From assembly GCF_000315625.1 (NCBI RefSeq), contig NW_005434654.1, positions 697,881-761,880 of the forward strand: a stretch of 64,000 bases of DNA, in the 5' to 3' direction. Shown piece by piece: positions 32,008 through 44,654 of the stretch (position 1 is its first letter; each line of letters starts with the position of its first letter). The notes beneath the pieces are model-generated. The model had not been told where the DNA came from. It worked only from the letters and a program-made list of their open reading frames with translations, and searched no databases. The DNA comes from Guillardia theta CCMP2712 (lineage: Eukaryota > Protista > Cryptophyta). The translations under genes and the position numbers were made by a program.

Positions 32008-35000
32008 ATGGCGATGGCACTCCCGAGCACGAAGATTCAAGTAAGAGGAGGCGAACGAGGAGGAGGAGGAGGAGGAGGAGGAGGAGGAGGAGGAGGATAT
32101 GGTCAACGAGGACGAGGACGAGGACGAGGTTGAGGACGAGGACGGGGAAGAAGTGTGAGAGGAATAGTTTGCATAGTTGCTGTGAAGGAACTTGGTGAGC
32201 AGAGCAGGAACGGGAAAAGTCAGGAGCGACGAGAAACAGGTGTGAAGGACAGCAAGTCGAGGAGTGGGCGAGGAGAAGTAAAACGATTGGCATCAAGATG
32301 AAGTTGTGAAGAGGTTGAAAGCAAGCAGATGAAAGAAGGGAGAGACATTGTTGGGGAAGGGGCGGGGGGCGGGGGGGGGATGAGAGAGTGGGAGGGAGGG
32401 AGGGAGGGAGGGAGGGACAGAGGGACAGAGGGAGACAGAGAGGAGGGAAGTGATTGACAGTCAACTTACAGATCGACAAACCGTCGGATTATGTCGATGA
32501 AAAGGAAGCAGCAGCTCAAAAACTACCCCCTGAGTTGATAGGTTTGAAGCTACGAGACAGATAGTTTGATGTCTCGATGAAACAGCTAAAATTTCCTTCA
32601 GCATCAACTTCCCTGGCGAACTGGTTCACAAGGATGCAGGTGAATGAATGTCTGCCGTGCGCTAGTGAAAGCCCAACCCCAAACCATGGCAGACTGCAAT
32701 TGTTGAAGGCAATAACATCAACGAAGCTGATCAGTTAGGCTTCTGGTGATTTGTATATCACAAAGGTTTTGGTATGTATTGTTAACCATTGTATCTGTTC
32801 ATGAAACACAGCTACATACACTATGCTGCCCTTGACGGGGAACTTGCTGTTGTAGAGATGCTGTTGAAGCATGGTTGACTGCAGTCTCCTGGTGGGCGGT
32901 GGGAGTTTGAACTTGTAGTAGGGGTTGAAGTCGATACCAAGTCAAGAAACAAGCAGAGCATCTCCCCCCTTCATTGGGCTGCTCTGCGTGGTCACACGCA
33001 GGTAGGTGCTGCACAGTCCCTGGTGAGACTGAGTGCCCGCAGGTCGTTAAGTTCTTGCTTGACAAAGGTGCGGAGATTGAGTCGCAAGTGAGACGGAGAG
33101 CCGAGTGTCCTTGCTTTGAACTTGACAATCTCGCCAGGACAGCGAAGGACACACGCCTCTCATGAAGGCAGCACAGTACAACCAAGTGCCTCCTCCTCTT
33201 CTTGCCTTCTCTCCTTCACTCTCTGACAGGTTCAAACTTGTCTACTGCTCCTGGCGCGAGGAGCAAGTGTTCACACGGTTTGACGTTTGTTCTCTATCTC
33301 ATGTGTTGAAGGTTGTGCAGGAAGACATTCACGGACACCAAGTAGAAGTTGTTCTTGAGAGCTTCTATTCACGCATGTCTCAGGCTCTTCACTGGGCTTG
33401 CTTTCAGGGCTGCGGACTCGTGGTGGAGCTTCTACTGAAAGGTAGCCGCGAGGAAGGAGAGAGATCAGTGACGAGGAGTGAAAGCTGGGGCGAACGTCAA
33501 CTTCAAAGATCACGACGACAAGATTCCCTTGCACCGCGCACTTCAGAACTTCCACGTGATTGCCTTGATCCTGTGTAAAACCTTTATCACCTTCACTTTG
33601 AGCAGTGGACGAAAAGGGACATCGTGCTGCTACTTCTCCAAAACAATTCCATCGTAACTACATCGTCTTTCTCTCCCCTCTCCCTCCTCTTCCCCTCCCC
33701 CCAATACTTATTGCCTCGTGTTTCGATCTTACTTTGTGGCTGACTGTGAGGTTGCAGGTTGATATCCAGGTAGGAGATATTGTACCCTGCCTTCGCTTGA
33801 CCTTGCGCAGAACGACAAGGAGGAGCTCAACATGGTCCAGCTGGTCAAGAAAAGCAACTCGCCTGTCAGTCTGCTTAGCTGCCTGAGTTTGTCTCCAGTG
33901 ACTCCTTGCAGGCACGACAGAGGATCATCGGCTGGTTGAGAGGGAGAGACGTACGTCACCCGCTGGCCTCTCTGGTGTTTGGCCTCAAGGAAGGAGAGAA
34001 GGTACCAGGAGAGCAGGAGACGCTCTGCTGACTGGAGCAGGGAAGCTTCGAGTATCAACTCGCGGTGATGGAAGCAAGGGGCAAACATCCGGTGGGAGGG
34101 CGTGCGGGGTGAGGGGCACCTGGTCACCATGTGCTAGATGCTCCTGACCATCTTCTTCGTGGGAGCTGCTAGTTGCTTCCTCGTCTACTTTCGCAATCTC
34201 TACAGGTCTGCTCCCTCTCTCCTTCTCTTGGCGTCCCTCACTCCCTTCAGGTTCTTTCACGTCTGGACTTCTTTGCACTACGTGGGGCTCCTGGCAGCAG
34301 CTGTCGCAGTCTCTTCCTACCTCACCCTCCTCCGTTTGAACCCAGGCAAGGCCTCCTCCTACTCCTCCGCCTCCTCCGTCTCAGCCCCCCCTCCGCCCCC
34401 CTCCCCCCTCCTCCTCCTCCTCTGCCAACGTTTCCTCCTCATCCTCCTGTTCTTGCTCTTGTTCTCTCTTTTTCACCCTCACACTCCGACGGCGCTTTCT
34501 TTCTTACGATGCCGTCAGGTATCATCAGCACGGACAACTCACCGGAAGAGCAGGAAGAGATCAGAGTAAACGACTTTCCGACTTTTGTTTTGCCTTCTCA
34601 CTTGTTGGCAGCAACAACTCTGTGACGGAGAGAAGATCGACAGGATTTGCAGCACCTGCAGGATCCGCAAGCCCCTCCGTTCCAAGCACTGCAAGTGTGA
34701 AACTTCTCTTGTTTGGATGCTTTCTCGTCTCACCGCACCCTCGAGGTTCTGTGGAAGGTGTGTCGCCAAGTTCGACCATCATTGTCCGTGGATTGGGAAC
34801 TGCGTGGGGTGGGACAGGACAAACACTTGCGACTTCTCATTTTCACGCAGCTACCGCAATCATCCGCTCTTCGTTCTCTTCCTCGGCTCTGCTTTTTCTG
34901 CTGGTAGGAGAGGAAGAGCGTGTGAGGTCCTTGACCTCTGGCAGGCGTCATCCTCAACCTTTTCAGCGTCTACCGCGTCTCGTTCGAGCCTGACCTTCAG

Positions 35001-35800
35001 CACCTCGACTGGTCCTCCTTGCGCGGGTGAACCCCTGCCCCTCTTTCATCCTCATCCTCATCCTCATCGTGCTCAGGTCCTTGTACTCCATCTTCTACTT
35101 CGGTCTCTTGTCGTGTCGCCATGTTCGCTGCTGTGACGTGGCTTGCAGTGACTTTCTTCATGTGGAATTTTCCTCACATGTTTGTCAACGTGTGCTTCAG
35201 CGGCTTGTTCACCGTCTACTTCTTGTTCATGTTCGCCTGCCACCTGCGCCAGATTCTTGTCAACATCACGACTAACGAGATGGAGAACGCCTTTCGGCTG
35301 CCCTACCTCCACAAGCCAGAAGCGTCTTATGACGAAGAGAGCGGGCCCCGGGAGGACCATCATCACTTTGTGAACCCCTTCGATCGCGGCTCAGCCATCA
35401 ACTGCATCGAGGGCTTCTTTCGTCCCCTTCCTCCTCTCTGCCTCCGCATGGAGGTTTGGGGGTCGGACGGGTGAGAGACTATCCTCTCCTCCTCCTCCTC
35501 CTCCTCGTTCCCCTTCTCCTTCTCTTTTTTTTCTCACTTGAGCTTTCAGAGGAGTCCGCAGGCATCCTTCCACCTTGTTCCCGGACTACTACACCATCTC
35601 CTCCGTGGACGAGGTCCAGAAGGTGATGAGCTTGAGGTGAGCGATCAGCAGTGTCATGATGGCGGGAAGACTGAGATGAGGGCAGGGAGATGCAGGAGGT
35701 GCGGGAGGCGACGAGCTACGCGGCCATTCCGAGGGAGGAGGTGAAGGACTCGTGACTGAAGCGCCGCGAGTGACCCTAGGAGAGTTGGCGGCCTGTGATG
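32008..35800 (+). CDS. Ankyrin-repeat DHHC palmitoyltransferase (AKR1/ZDHHC13/17-like), many introns; ends approximate
   Basis: Ankyrin exons ([34 protein letters not shown]). [15 protein letters not shown]|..[17 protein letters not shown]; NITTNE; NPFDRG. Confidence 0.9.
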
Positions 35801-35948
35801 GCTGTCACAGGAGGCTTGTCAAAGAATATAACCGTTAATAACCGTTACTTGATGTGTCCCTCCTACCCCCTCATGTTCATTTGTCAAGGTTTTCACTGCA
35901 AGCCGCACGGTATGGTGGCGAGTAGCGAAGGTGGCTGAGGGCAGCAGC

Positions 35949-37655
35949 ATGCAGACGCTTCTCCTGTTGCTGGGGCTCCATGCTCTGCTAGCCGCTCCTC
36001 CTCCCCCTCCTCGACCTCTCTCCACAACCAGCATCCCTCGCAAGCTCTCCATACCTTCATCGTTGGTGGCGTTTGACTCAACTCCTGCCGGTCGACCGCA
36101 TGCAGCTCCAAGACCGTCTCCCCGTCAGTCCTCGACCTCAACCTCGACTGACGGTCGTTGCACAGAGGCTCTCGATGCTCCTGCGCAAGCGAATCCATGC
36201 AACATCAACACAGACGAGGCTTCATGCACATCTGCGACCGGATGCACCTGGAAGCTCGCAAACAACTCTTGCTTCTGCACTTTCTCCGGCTGTACATGTG
36301 GTAACCCTGCTTCTGGAGCTGAGGCATCGTCGTCTTGGTCTCCTCAGACGCTGCTTATGGTTGTTGTGCCAACCCTTACAGTGTGCGGTTGTCTTTGTAC
36401 AGCATGCTTCGCTTACCGGTTTAGACGGCTGCTGGCGAAGCTCTTCAGAAACATCTGCCCGCAAGCGATTTTAGACAAGGTGGACATCAAAGATGAGGAT
36501 AGCAAGGACGACAGACACAGAGAGGTGAAGACAGAAGAAGAGGAGCTCAAAGATTTTCAGAAAGCAATTTTGCGTCGAGAAGATCAGGGCATAGGAAAAG
36601 GAGCATATCAGCTCAACATCTTCATCGACTATGCTGTTCACTTGCCCATTCGTGACTCCATGTTTCGCGACGTGTCAGCTCTGGGCTCTTGCGACCCTTA
36701 CATCGTGATCAGGCTCAACGATCAAGTTCATCGCACCAAGGTGATGAAGAGCACCTTGTATCCCGAATGGAAGCAAGAGTTTTCCCTCTTCTTCGACCCC
36801 GACCCTCCTCGCAGGCGTCCTCAGACTTTGTCGCTTGAGCTGTGGGACTGGGACCGCGGCGTTCGCGATGAGCTGTGCGGCTCTGTGACGCTCGTGCTAG
36901 CGGATCTGCTGCAGGAGTACGAGAAGCGAGCGAACAAGTCTCGTCCCCTCGAGAAGTACCACATCGACAAGTTCAAGAACCACAACGGGACGCCGCTGAC
37001 CGGTGGGATCCTCGCTCAGCTTAAGCGCAAGAATAAGTTCGGCAAAGTTGTGGGAGAGCCGTCGGAGTTGTGCTACACCTACGTGCTGGACAAGACCTAC
37101 AACCTGCGCGATGCGGTCGGGGACCTGCGACGAGCTGTGAACTGGTTGAGGACGGAACACTCGAAGCAGCTGCTCATCAAGGCCGGCAAGTACGTGGAGG
37201 GACGTCGCCCGATCGATCCTCACACGGGGATGGAGCGATGGGAGCACACGTCAACGGACTTGCTGCATGCTGAGTTCGCGTTCGACAAGAGCAGAGGCCA
37301 CGACCTGTGGGGGATCCAAGACATCGCAGACGAGACAAAGAACCCGTTCCTACTTCGGGCCATCAGGATCCGATCAGAGAGGGAGGGGGGCGAGATGACA
37401 CTAGAGGAGCGACTGGAATCAGCAATCCAGATGAAGGACCTTGTTGAGCTGAAATCTCTCTTTGACGACCCTGCGTTATCGGGGACCGGCCGTTCCAAGG
37501 CAAGGAGATACATCGAGCTCTTTCAAGCCCAGGGAGCAGCGAAAGCGGAGGAGGTTGCAAGGGAAACAGAGCTGGTTGTAGAGAAGGGAACTTGTAATCA
37601 CTCGACTCTTGACATTACCCGCAGCAAGAAAGACTATCGTTCAACGACTCGCTAG
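35949..37655 (+). CDS. Type I membrane protein: signal peptide, small Cys-rich ectodomain, TM and cytosolic C2 domain; the 3' end probably continues in spliced exons
   Basis: MQTLLLLLGLHALLAA; CNINTDEASC..CTW..CFC; TM; GSCDPYIVI..TKVMKSTLYPEWKQEF..LELWDWDR..DELCG. Confidence 0.85.
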   Translation: MQTLLLLLGLHALLAAPPPPPRPLSTTSIPRKLSIPSSLVAFDSTPAGRPHAAPRPSPRQSSTSTSTDGRCTEALDAPAQANPCNINTDEASCTSATGCTWKLANNSCFCTFSGCTCGNPASGAEASSSWSPQTLLMVVVPTLTVCGCLCTACFAYRFRRLLAKLFRNICPQAILDKVDIKDEDSKDDRHREVKTEEEELKDFQKAILRREDQGIGKGAYQLNIFIDYAVHLPIRDSMFRDVSALGSCDPYIVIRLNDQVHRTKVMKSTLYPEWKQEFSLFFDPDPPRRRPQTLSLELWDWDRGVRDELCGSVTLVLADLLQEYEKRANKSRPLEKYHIDKFKNHNGTPLTGGILAQLKRKNKFGKVVGEPSELCYTYVLDKTYNLRDAVGDLRRAVNWLRTEHSKQLLIKAGKYVEGRRPIDPHTGMERWEHTSTDLLHAEFAFDKSRGHDLWGIQDIADETKNPFLLRAIRIRSEREGGEMTLEERLESAIQMKDLVELKSLFDDPALSGTGRSKARRYIELFQAQGAAKAEEVARETELVVEKGTCNHSTLDITRSKKDYRSTTR

Positions 37656-38435
37656 TCTGCACATGTCCCCCCAGGTATCTCCTCCACATGCCGTCAACCC
37701 CCAGCCCCCCCCCCTCCACTTCTCTTCTCTCTCCTCTCACGTCTGCTGCTTCTCAGCGTCTTTGTTGAGCATGGCCACTGCATCTGCGGCTTCTCCAAGA
37801 GTCTGCCTCCTGGACTGCAGGCTGCCCACCGGACCCTTAGCAAGCCATCCAAGCTCCCAAGCAACTTCTTTCATCCCCCTGTGCCAGAAGAAGCAGAGGA
37901 AGAGGACGAGATGAATTCGTCCTACAACCCCTCGATGACCAGCCATGATGTCAGGCTCACTCCCCGCAGCGCGGCGCCTTCCTTGGTGACTCAAATTCCC
38001 CCTGGCGTGTGTCTGAGATGATGGCAGAGCGGCTCCTTTAAGGACGACAGGACGACTCGATCTCATGGATCTGCATCGTCTGCCAAAGAGCAAGAGAGGC
38101 CGAAGGCTGGGGACGGAAGGAAGAAGTGGAGAGAAGAGCGTAGGAAGCAGCAGGAAGCTGTGCGAAGCTCGCGGGCCTCCTTGAAGAGCACGAAGGTGAC
38201 TAGGCGAGCAGCATGAGTACACTAACGGATCGTGCAGGCGAGCGAGGAGGAAGAAGAATCGGTGAGGGTAACGATCCGGAACCAGTCGCATGCGGGAGAC
38301 GAGGCAGGGCGAGCGAAGACGCGATCAGTGAGCACATTTCGATCACCACGGTGAGGGCAGACAGTGACAGCAGCACATGAGACTTGTTGACGCATGTCAG
38401 GGAGTGAGGAGCGACTCTCAAGGCTTCTAGCTACC

Positions 38436-39515
38436 TCAAACGTGGGGATGCCCTCCCCTCAAGCCCTCCACCTGCATCTCACTCTCCATCTTGGGCTCGG
38501 GGACGCAGGGAAGGTTCGACTTGGACTTGTAGAGGATGCTGGCGGCGGTCACAAGGATGGATCCGAAGATGAAAGTGCCGGTAACCTGCGAGGTTCCTCC
38601 TCCGAAGAGGCCGCTGAAGGTGATGAAGCCCTGGAGCCACGTGGCGAAGACGCGGCAGAAGTTGTAGCTGGTGGCATCGAGGAACTTGAAGACCAGCGCC
38701 ATGGCCATGTCGGCGAGAGCAATGCTTGTGATCGCCATGAGCGTCTGCCACGTGTAACCCTTGAAGAGGTTGAGCGAATGCTCCTCGCTCCCCATCAAGA
38801 TGGCGTTGGTGCTGCTGAGGATGAGGAGAGTGCCGTTAGCGACGAAGCCGTAGAGGGAGCAAGTCATCGTCTGGATCAGGACGCTCTGATCTTGCGACTT
38901 GGAGGCTCGTTCAAAGTAAACTCCCTGCGCTGCCGTGCAGCATCCTCCAAACACAGCCGCGATGAACCCCGGGTTGAAGAGGAGAGCGAGGGGATCGATC
39001 CGTCTCTCCATGTTGTCGATGTTTGGCACGAGGAGGCAAAACCCGACAGTCAGCAGCACCAAGCTCACCTTCTGCTTCCTCGACAACCAGTGCCCCAACA
39101 CCATCTGCGACAACATTGCCGTAGCCATGATGCAAACCGCTTTCCTCGCAATCTGATTAAAGAGCGCACCGAGGTATGAGATGCCCACGAAGAGCGTCTG
39201 GTTTGCAATGGCGAGCATGACAGCAGGAGCAGCGAAGGCTCGAGACTCCTTGAGATCAATTTCTGCCAGCTGCAGGCACTTCTTTCTGACGGCAAGAAGA
39301 GATATAAAGCATAGAAACGCTTTCATCAGCTCTGCCATGGCCATCGCTGAAGCCAAGGAGTACTCATACCCCATGCTCGCATTCTTGGAGTGCGACTGCG
39401 ACAGGTCAATCAAGATGGGCTCTATCGCTTTGCTCACTGTCGCCATCGCAAACAAGATCGCGCTTCTCCCCGCAAACCCGACATCCCGCCCTTCTTTTGC
39501 GCGAGGGCTTTGCAT
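38436..39515 (-). CDS. Nucleotide-sugar transporter (SLC35A-like, DMT fold)
   Basis: Multiple TM segments; AELMK, FAAPAVMLAIANQ, GVYFE, FKGYTW, VFKFLD motifs. Confidence 0.85.
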   Translation of the reverse strand: MQSPRAKEGRDVGFAGRSAILFAMATVSKAIEPILIDLSQSHSKNASMGYEYSLASAMAMAELMKAFLCFISLLAVRKKCLQLAEIDLKESRAFAAPAVMLAIANQTLFVGISYLGALFNQIARKAVCIMATAMLSQMVLGHWLSRKQKVSLVLLTVGFCLLVPNIDNMERRIDPLALLFNPGFIAAVFGGCCTAAQGVYFERASKSQDQSVLIQTMTCSLYGFVANGTLLILSSTNAILMGSEEHSLNLFKGYTWQTLMAITSIALADMAMALVFKFLDATSYNFCRVFATWLQGFITFSGLFGGGTSQVTGTFIFGSILVTAASILYKSKSNLPCVPEPKMESEMQVEGLRGGHPHV

Positions 39516-40311
39516 CGGTCACGAGGTCACCAGCAAGAGATCACCAGCTGCTCAGCATGCGGGACGAGCAGCTCATGCTCCTTCACGATGCTTCGATTGA
39601 ACAACCAGCCTTGACAAGGATTGCCGATTCCTGGGGGAGGATGCGCTGGGAATAACCAGTCAGAACGCTGTAGAACCGTCTTTCCTTGAATCCTGTTTCT
39701 ACGTCACCCCTCCACATTTCAAGGAGAACCTCTCAAGCTCCCTTGTCAAGTTCTGGATCAAACAAGTCTATTTCTCCTGTCTTCCGACATGTTATCCTTT
39801 CTTTCATCACAGCCATGTACAATACGATGGTGATCCACCAGCCTACCATGAAATGCTTGCAACGCCCCGTCAAAATGTTGCGCGCAAAAAATATTCCATC
39901 GAAATCTCTATCACCGTATGTATAGCTAGGCTGATGTTCCCTATGCGCATCGACCTGGTCCTTCCTCCTTCCCTTCAACCATGTCCTTGTATCCTCGCCT
40001 CTATCCCTCGCCTCTCATCCCCTCCCGTCACCCCTTCGACTCTCGTTCCTCGTAGCATCCCTCCTCGTCACCGTTGAACCCTACCCCCTCCTCCCTGGAA
40101 CCACCCACCTCACAAATGTCTCTATGACCCCACCCCTCAAATCTGATTGGGTGTTCTTCTCTTTACTACCCATTTCCCATTGATCTACTACCCTACCCCT
40201 GCAAAACCCTACCCCACCCTACCGTGTATTGCAGTCGCCATGGTATGACAAGCGTGTAGGTGTGAAAGATTTCGAGCAAGACGAGCGAAAGATGAGCAGG
40301 AGAAGATGAAA

Positions 40312-40438
40312 TGAGAAGATGGAGAAGAGTTGAAAGAAAATGATTGTGAATGAGAAGATGGAGAAAAGTTGAAAGAAAATGATTGTGAATGAGAAGATGG
40401 AGAAGAGTTGAAAGAAAATAATTGTGAATGAGAAGATC
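40312..40438 (+). repeat. Three 39-bp tandem units
   Basis: gagaagatggagaagagttgaaagaaaatgattgtgaat x3. Confidence 0.85.
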
Positions 40439-40929
40439 GAGTAAACGTTAAGAATATGTGGAGTTGAAGGAGTCGAGACGAGCTCCTCGGATTCACCGAG
40501 CCGAATCGATCGCTTGATCAGTGTCTCCCCGGTCATGTGTCGATGAAAATGAGAGAATGTGTCGTCTCAATGTTGAACCACTCTGCATCAACCGCCCCCG
40601 CTCACAATCAAGAAGGGAGCACTTGCACGAAAGGAGCTGAAGAGCAGGTATAGCAGTATAGGTGAGCAGTTCAATCTGTTCCTCCTTCAGATTGTGTACC
40701 CGAGCTCAGTCGCTGTCAAGGCTCAAAAAACTTGACCATCAATTGCAACATACAATCCCAACAACGTCGTCACCGTTGCGTTTCACGCGGACATCACGCC
40801 GGTATGGTCAGCATGGGCATTCACAGACAAGGAGAAGAGCTCTGTTCATACTGCAAGCCTGACATGGGGCACAGCAAGTAGTGACGAGACGCGACTGCGA
40901 GCCTGAGGTGCATCTTGTCTATTTCTTGT

Positions 40930-41436
40930 CTAAAAGCCAGTGGAGCCGTAATAGGGAGAGTCAAGGGAGCCGGGCATCCAGTATTGAGCAGAGTCCGGCA
41001 TGTCCAACACCTGTGTGCGAACGAAACCATGAGCGAGGGCTTCCTCCCCGACGTCCAAGCTCCCATACCTTGGGGTCGTAGTCGTGCTCGGGCTTGAGGT
41101 CCTTGGGCATGCCTCCGTACTCCTTGTACATCATGTTGCGGACGCCATCGGGCCAAGTGCGCGCTCCGTAGTAGAAAAGCTGCTGTCCTGGAACAAAAGC
41201 AATCTAGTGCCAAGTCAGCGCAGCGCATCTCCGTCCATTTGCACAAATCGCCTTCTTGCAAAACTCTAGAACAGCGAACCTACTGTCTCACATTTGCCAG
41301 CATCATGTTATGATCATCTCTAAGAGAAGATTGAAGGAAGCCCATGCAACTCAAATCAATAAGAAATACTTGAAAACATACGTGCCAACGAGGAAACAAA
41401 AGCATCAGAGCCAGTGTCAGCAAAGAGAGAGAACAT
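40930..41436 (-). CDS. Small 3-exon protein (~84 aa) absent from the ORF track
   Basis: Exons 41436-41382, 41187-41069 and 41010-40930 with canonical GT-AG sites join in frame to MFSLFADTGSDAFVSSLARQQLFYYGARTWPDGVRNMMYKEYGGMPKDLKPEHDYDPKVLDMPDSAQYWMPGSLDSPYYGSTGF*. Confidence 0.7.
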
Positions 41437-42275
41437 GGAGCACAACATGGCACTGCAACCAGGCATCGTATCGAGAAGAGGAGTTGGATGTGTGAAAACT
41501 CAAGAGGGAGAGAGAGAGATCCACGTGTGTTCACACGCCATGTCACCACATCGAGCCATGCTCGCCTTCAGCTTACCATATCGCTCTGCCTCTTCACAGT
41601 AGTAGTTCAGGAAGAGACAAGGCTATTAACTAAAATCATAAGTTATCTCGTTTAAATAATCTGATTTTATTCTAAAAATATTGTATAATATCACATAATC
41701 TATCTGGGGTGGTACGGGGATATAATAATTATTATCTCCTTTACATTTATGACCCCACCCCCCTTGCTCTCACTGGTGTAACCCCACCCTGTACGTCGGT
41801 TCTATCATTCTCTCTTTACTACCCCACACCCCCTCCATCTCCCCCACCCACCCCCACAGTCTCCACATTTCACCCCGCCAGGTCCTCTGTATCCTGACCA
41901 CCCACCCTACAACCCCCGTCCTTCCCATCGCCTCCTCTCACCCTCGCACCCCTCCCGCTACCCTACATGTACCCCTACCCCTACCCCTACCCCTACCCCT
42001 ACCTGTGCCCGCACCCAAGGGAGGATGCCTTTGACATCGGGGTTGTCACCGAGTACGTACCACAAGTACCCCCCCATATACCACGATTGACCCTCTCAAC
42101 CACCCCACCCCAAAATGCTCGTTCTCACTGATATCTGTAGCGGCTCTCCTGTGTTCCTCCTGCTCAATGTCGTACGACTGCTGCTGCTACTTGACATGCC
42201 GCTCCTCCTCCCTCCCCTCCTCCTCCCTCCCCTGTCTTCCTCCCCTCCTCACACCGTATGCCTCACCTGCAGCTC

Positions 42276-42362
42276 CTCCCTCCCTCGCCTCCCTCGCCTC
42301 CCTCGCCTCCCTCGCCTCCCTCGCCTCCCTCGCCTCCCTCGCCTCCCTCGCCTCCCTCGCCT
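42276..42362 (+). repeat. 9-bp tandem repeat (ctccctcgc)n
   Basis: About 9 direct copies. Confidence 0.9.
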
Positions 42363-43013
42363 TGAGCTCCTCCTACTTCTCGTTTTTCTTCTTCACAGCC
42401 TCCATCTGCTTCAACCTGCTAATCCTGCCACCTGATCCCGATCCTTATTCTCCTCTTTCTACATCTCCTTTTTGCTTCAACCTGGTGCTACCATCCGGAT
42501 ACTCTCCTTGCTGCTTTTATCTTTTATCCTAACGATGCTTCTTTCTGTTTTCCGCTTCCTCTCTTCCTGTTGCGCTCTTCGATCAGTGCAGTGGTGATTC
42601 AAACCATCCTCAACCTAGTCACCTTGAAATGACGAGCTCCCTTCCTGTTCGTCGTATTGTCGTACAATCCACTTCCATAATTCCTGGTCGTATTTGCAGC
42701 AGCAAATCCTCATTTAACGTTTACTGGAGAGGAAATCGACTCATTTGTTCCCTGCATCTTTCTGAGTTTTCAAAAGTTTCCTTCTCCGCCTTCGTAGCTT
42801 CACAGCTGTTAGCTTCACAGCTGTTTCTTTGCTATTCTGTGCTTGTAGTTCGAAACTTTTTTTTGATGCACCATGGTGTTTTGCTGAATTGTGGTCTCTT
42901 GAATGCTTGATTTTGAGTAATTATTCCTGCACATGCTTGATCTACTTACACCACCAAAAGAGGAGTTTAATGCTAAATGAAATTTTACATGATTGCAGCT
43001 TAAAGCCGAAAGC

Positions 43014-44521
43014 ATGGAGGACTACAGTCTCCATGATCCGATGCGAACGTTTGCAAAGGTCAGTCAATATCATCGGCCAACTATGGACGAGATTGCTTTA
43101 ACCTTTCTTGCTCACAGTGCCGGTCGGGAAGCTGGGTGGTGCGAAAGGAGGAATTCTCGTTAAACAGAAAGATTGCCGAAGGTGCGATGGGCTCAATTTT
43201 CATGGCTATCCTTCGTGGGCAGACTGTTGCCGCAAAGATGTTGAAGAAATCAGAAACCGCTGGCATGCAGGTGGAGCTCTGACCGCATTTGCTGAAATGT
43301 TGACGATGCCATGGCAGGCCTACAGGGATCTCATCACGGAGCTGGATATTTTGATTTCGATCGGCAAGCATCCGAACATTGTTGAGTTCATTGGTGCGTG
43401 CATCGACGATCCACAGAGCCCTATAGGTGAGACCTCTAGACCTGCGGTCTGATTGTTGACATCTTGCAGTCTTTGAAGAATACCTGTCTGGGCCATCTGT
43501 TGAGAATTTCTTCATAAAGAAGAATTCTGTCAGAGCGACTCGTAGGCCTCGTGCTCTGCATCACTTTTGCGCTTGTTGACTCGTCGATCAGCGTATAAGC
43601 TTCCAAGAAACACTATCATCGGATGGATCCTAGATATGATGCGCGGACTGAACTTCCTGCATGACCGAGATCCTATCATAATGTAAGAAAGCTCCTTCTT
43701 CGAGGGCGATCTCCGAGCCTGAAGTCAATGCAGACATCGAGACATGAAGCCTGGGAATCTTCTTCTCAAGGCTGACCTGTCCTCTTTGAAATTAGCTGAT
43801 TTTGGTACGTTTGCTTGTGCTGAACATCTTTGCGGCATTTGTCAGAACCTGTTTTTAGGCATGGGGAAAGTGGTCAACCAAGCGATGATCAACTCCATAG
43901 TGCATACGGTGATGTGGCGGCTTTACAAAGCTATCTGATAGAACAAAAAGGGGCATACTGGAGCTGTGCGGTACATGGCTCCTGAAGTATACCACGTTGC
44001 AAAGGTGAAGCAAGTGCATGAAAGTGCACAGAACCAATGTGCTTGCAGGGTCATTACACAGAAAAAGCCGATATTTTCAGCGCAGCCATGATCATGTTGG
44101 TGGCAGATTTCTCCAATGCTTGACCACCTGATGTGCTTCAGGTGGTACATCGCTACAGGTCAAAGGCCGAATCAAGGCCAAGGTCACAATGTCGAGTGGC
44201 GACCAGACCTCAACATGGTGAGAGCGTGTGTCGCGGTGAAGTTGATTGACTTCCCCCTCAGGTTGACTGGGTGGAGCTGAGGCCGATCATCGGTGAGCCC
44301 CTTGATCTGCCGTAGCCACCTGACTCCTTGTGGCAGCTCAGGCTTGGTCTGCTCAGCCCCAGATGCGCCCAAGCGCCCTCGCATGCGTACGCTACTTAAG
44401 CTAACTGTGGAGTGTCGCTGAGTTGGTGCAGATCGACCTTCTCCTCAGGCTAGATGGCGTCAACGAGCTTCTGCTCGTCGGCAGTGTGCCCACGGCAAGC
44501 TGCACGTGTACCATGATGTGA
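43014..44521 (+). CDS. TKL-group protein kinase, multi-exon, C-terminal CaaX-like end
   Basis: IAEGAMGSIF..VAAK; HPNIVEFIGAC; HRDMKPGNLLL..LADFG; TGAVRYMAPE; KADIFS; ends ..SCTCTMM*. Confidence 0.88.
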
Positions 44522-44654
44522 AGAGAGGTTGAAGCTTCATGTATATGTGCCTCCCTCATGCTGCTTATGTATGTCAACGTTTATTATCTAATATATGGAA
44601 TTAACCGCCTTGATCCAACTCGCCGTCTGGCAAAACATGTCAAATCATGCGTGC

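Noticed and set aside
38394-39179. Long antisense ORFs (also 55737-56483 and 8274-9020)
   Set aside because: Shadow frames of real genes or TE ORFs on the opposite strand.
41971-42003. Interstitial telomere repeat
   Set aside because: Only ~5 CCCCTA units, not the TTAGGG/TTTAGGG type, and embedded in a general C-run-rich block.
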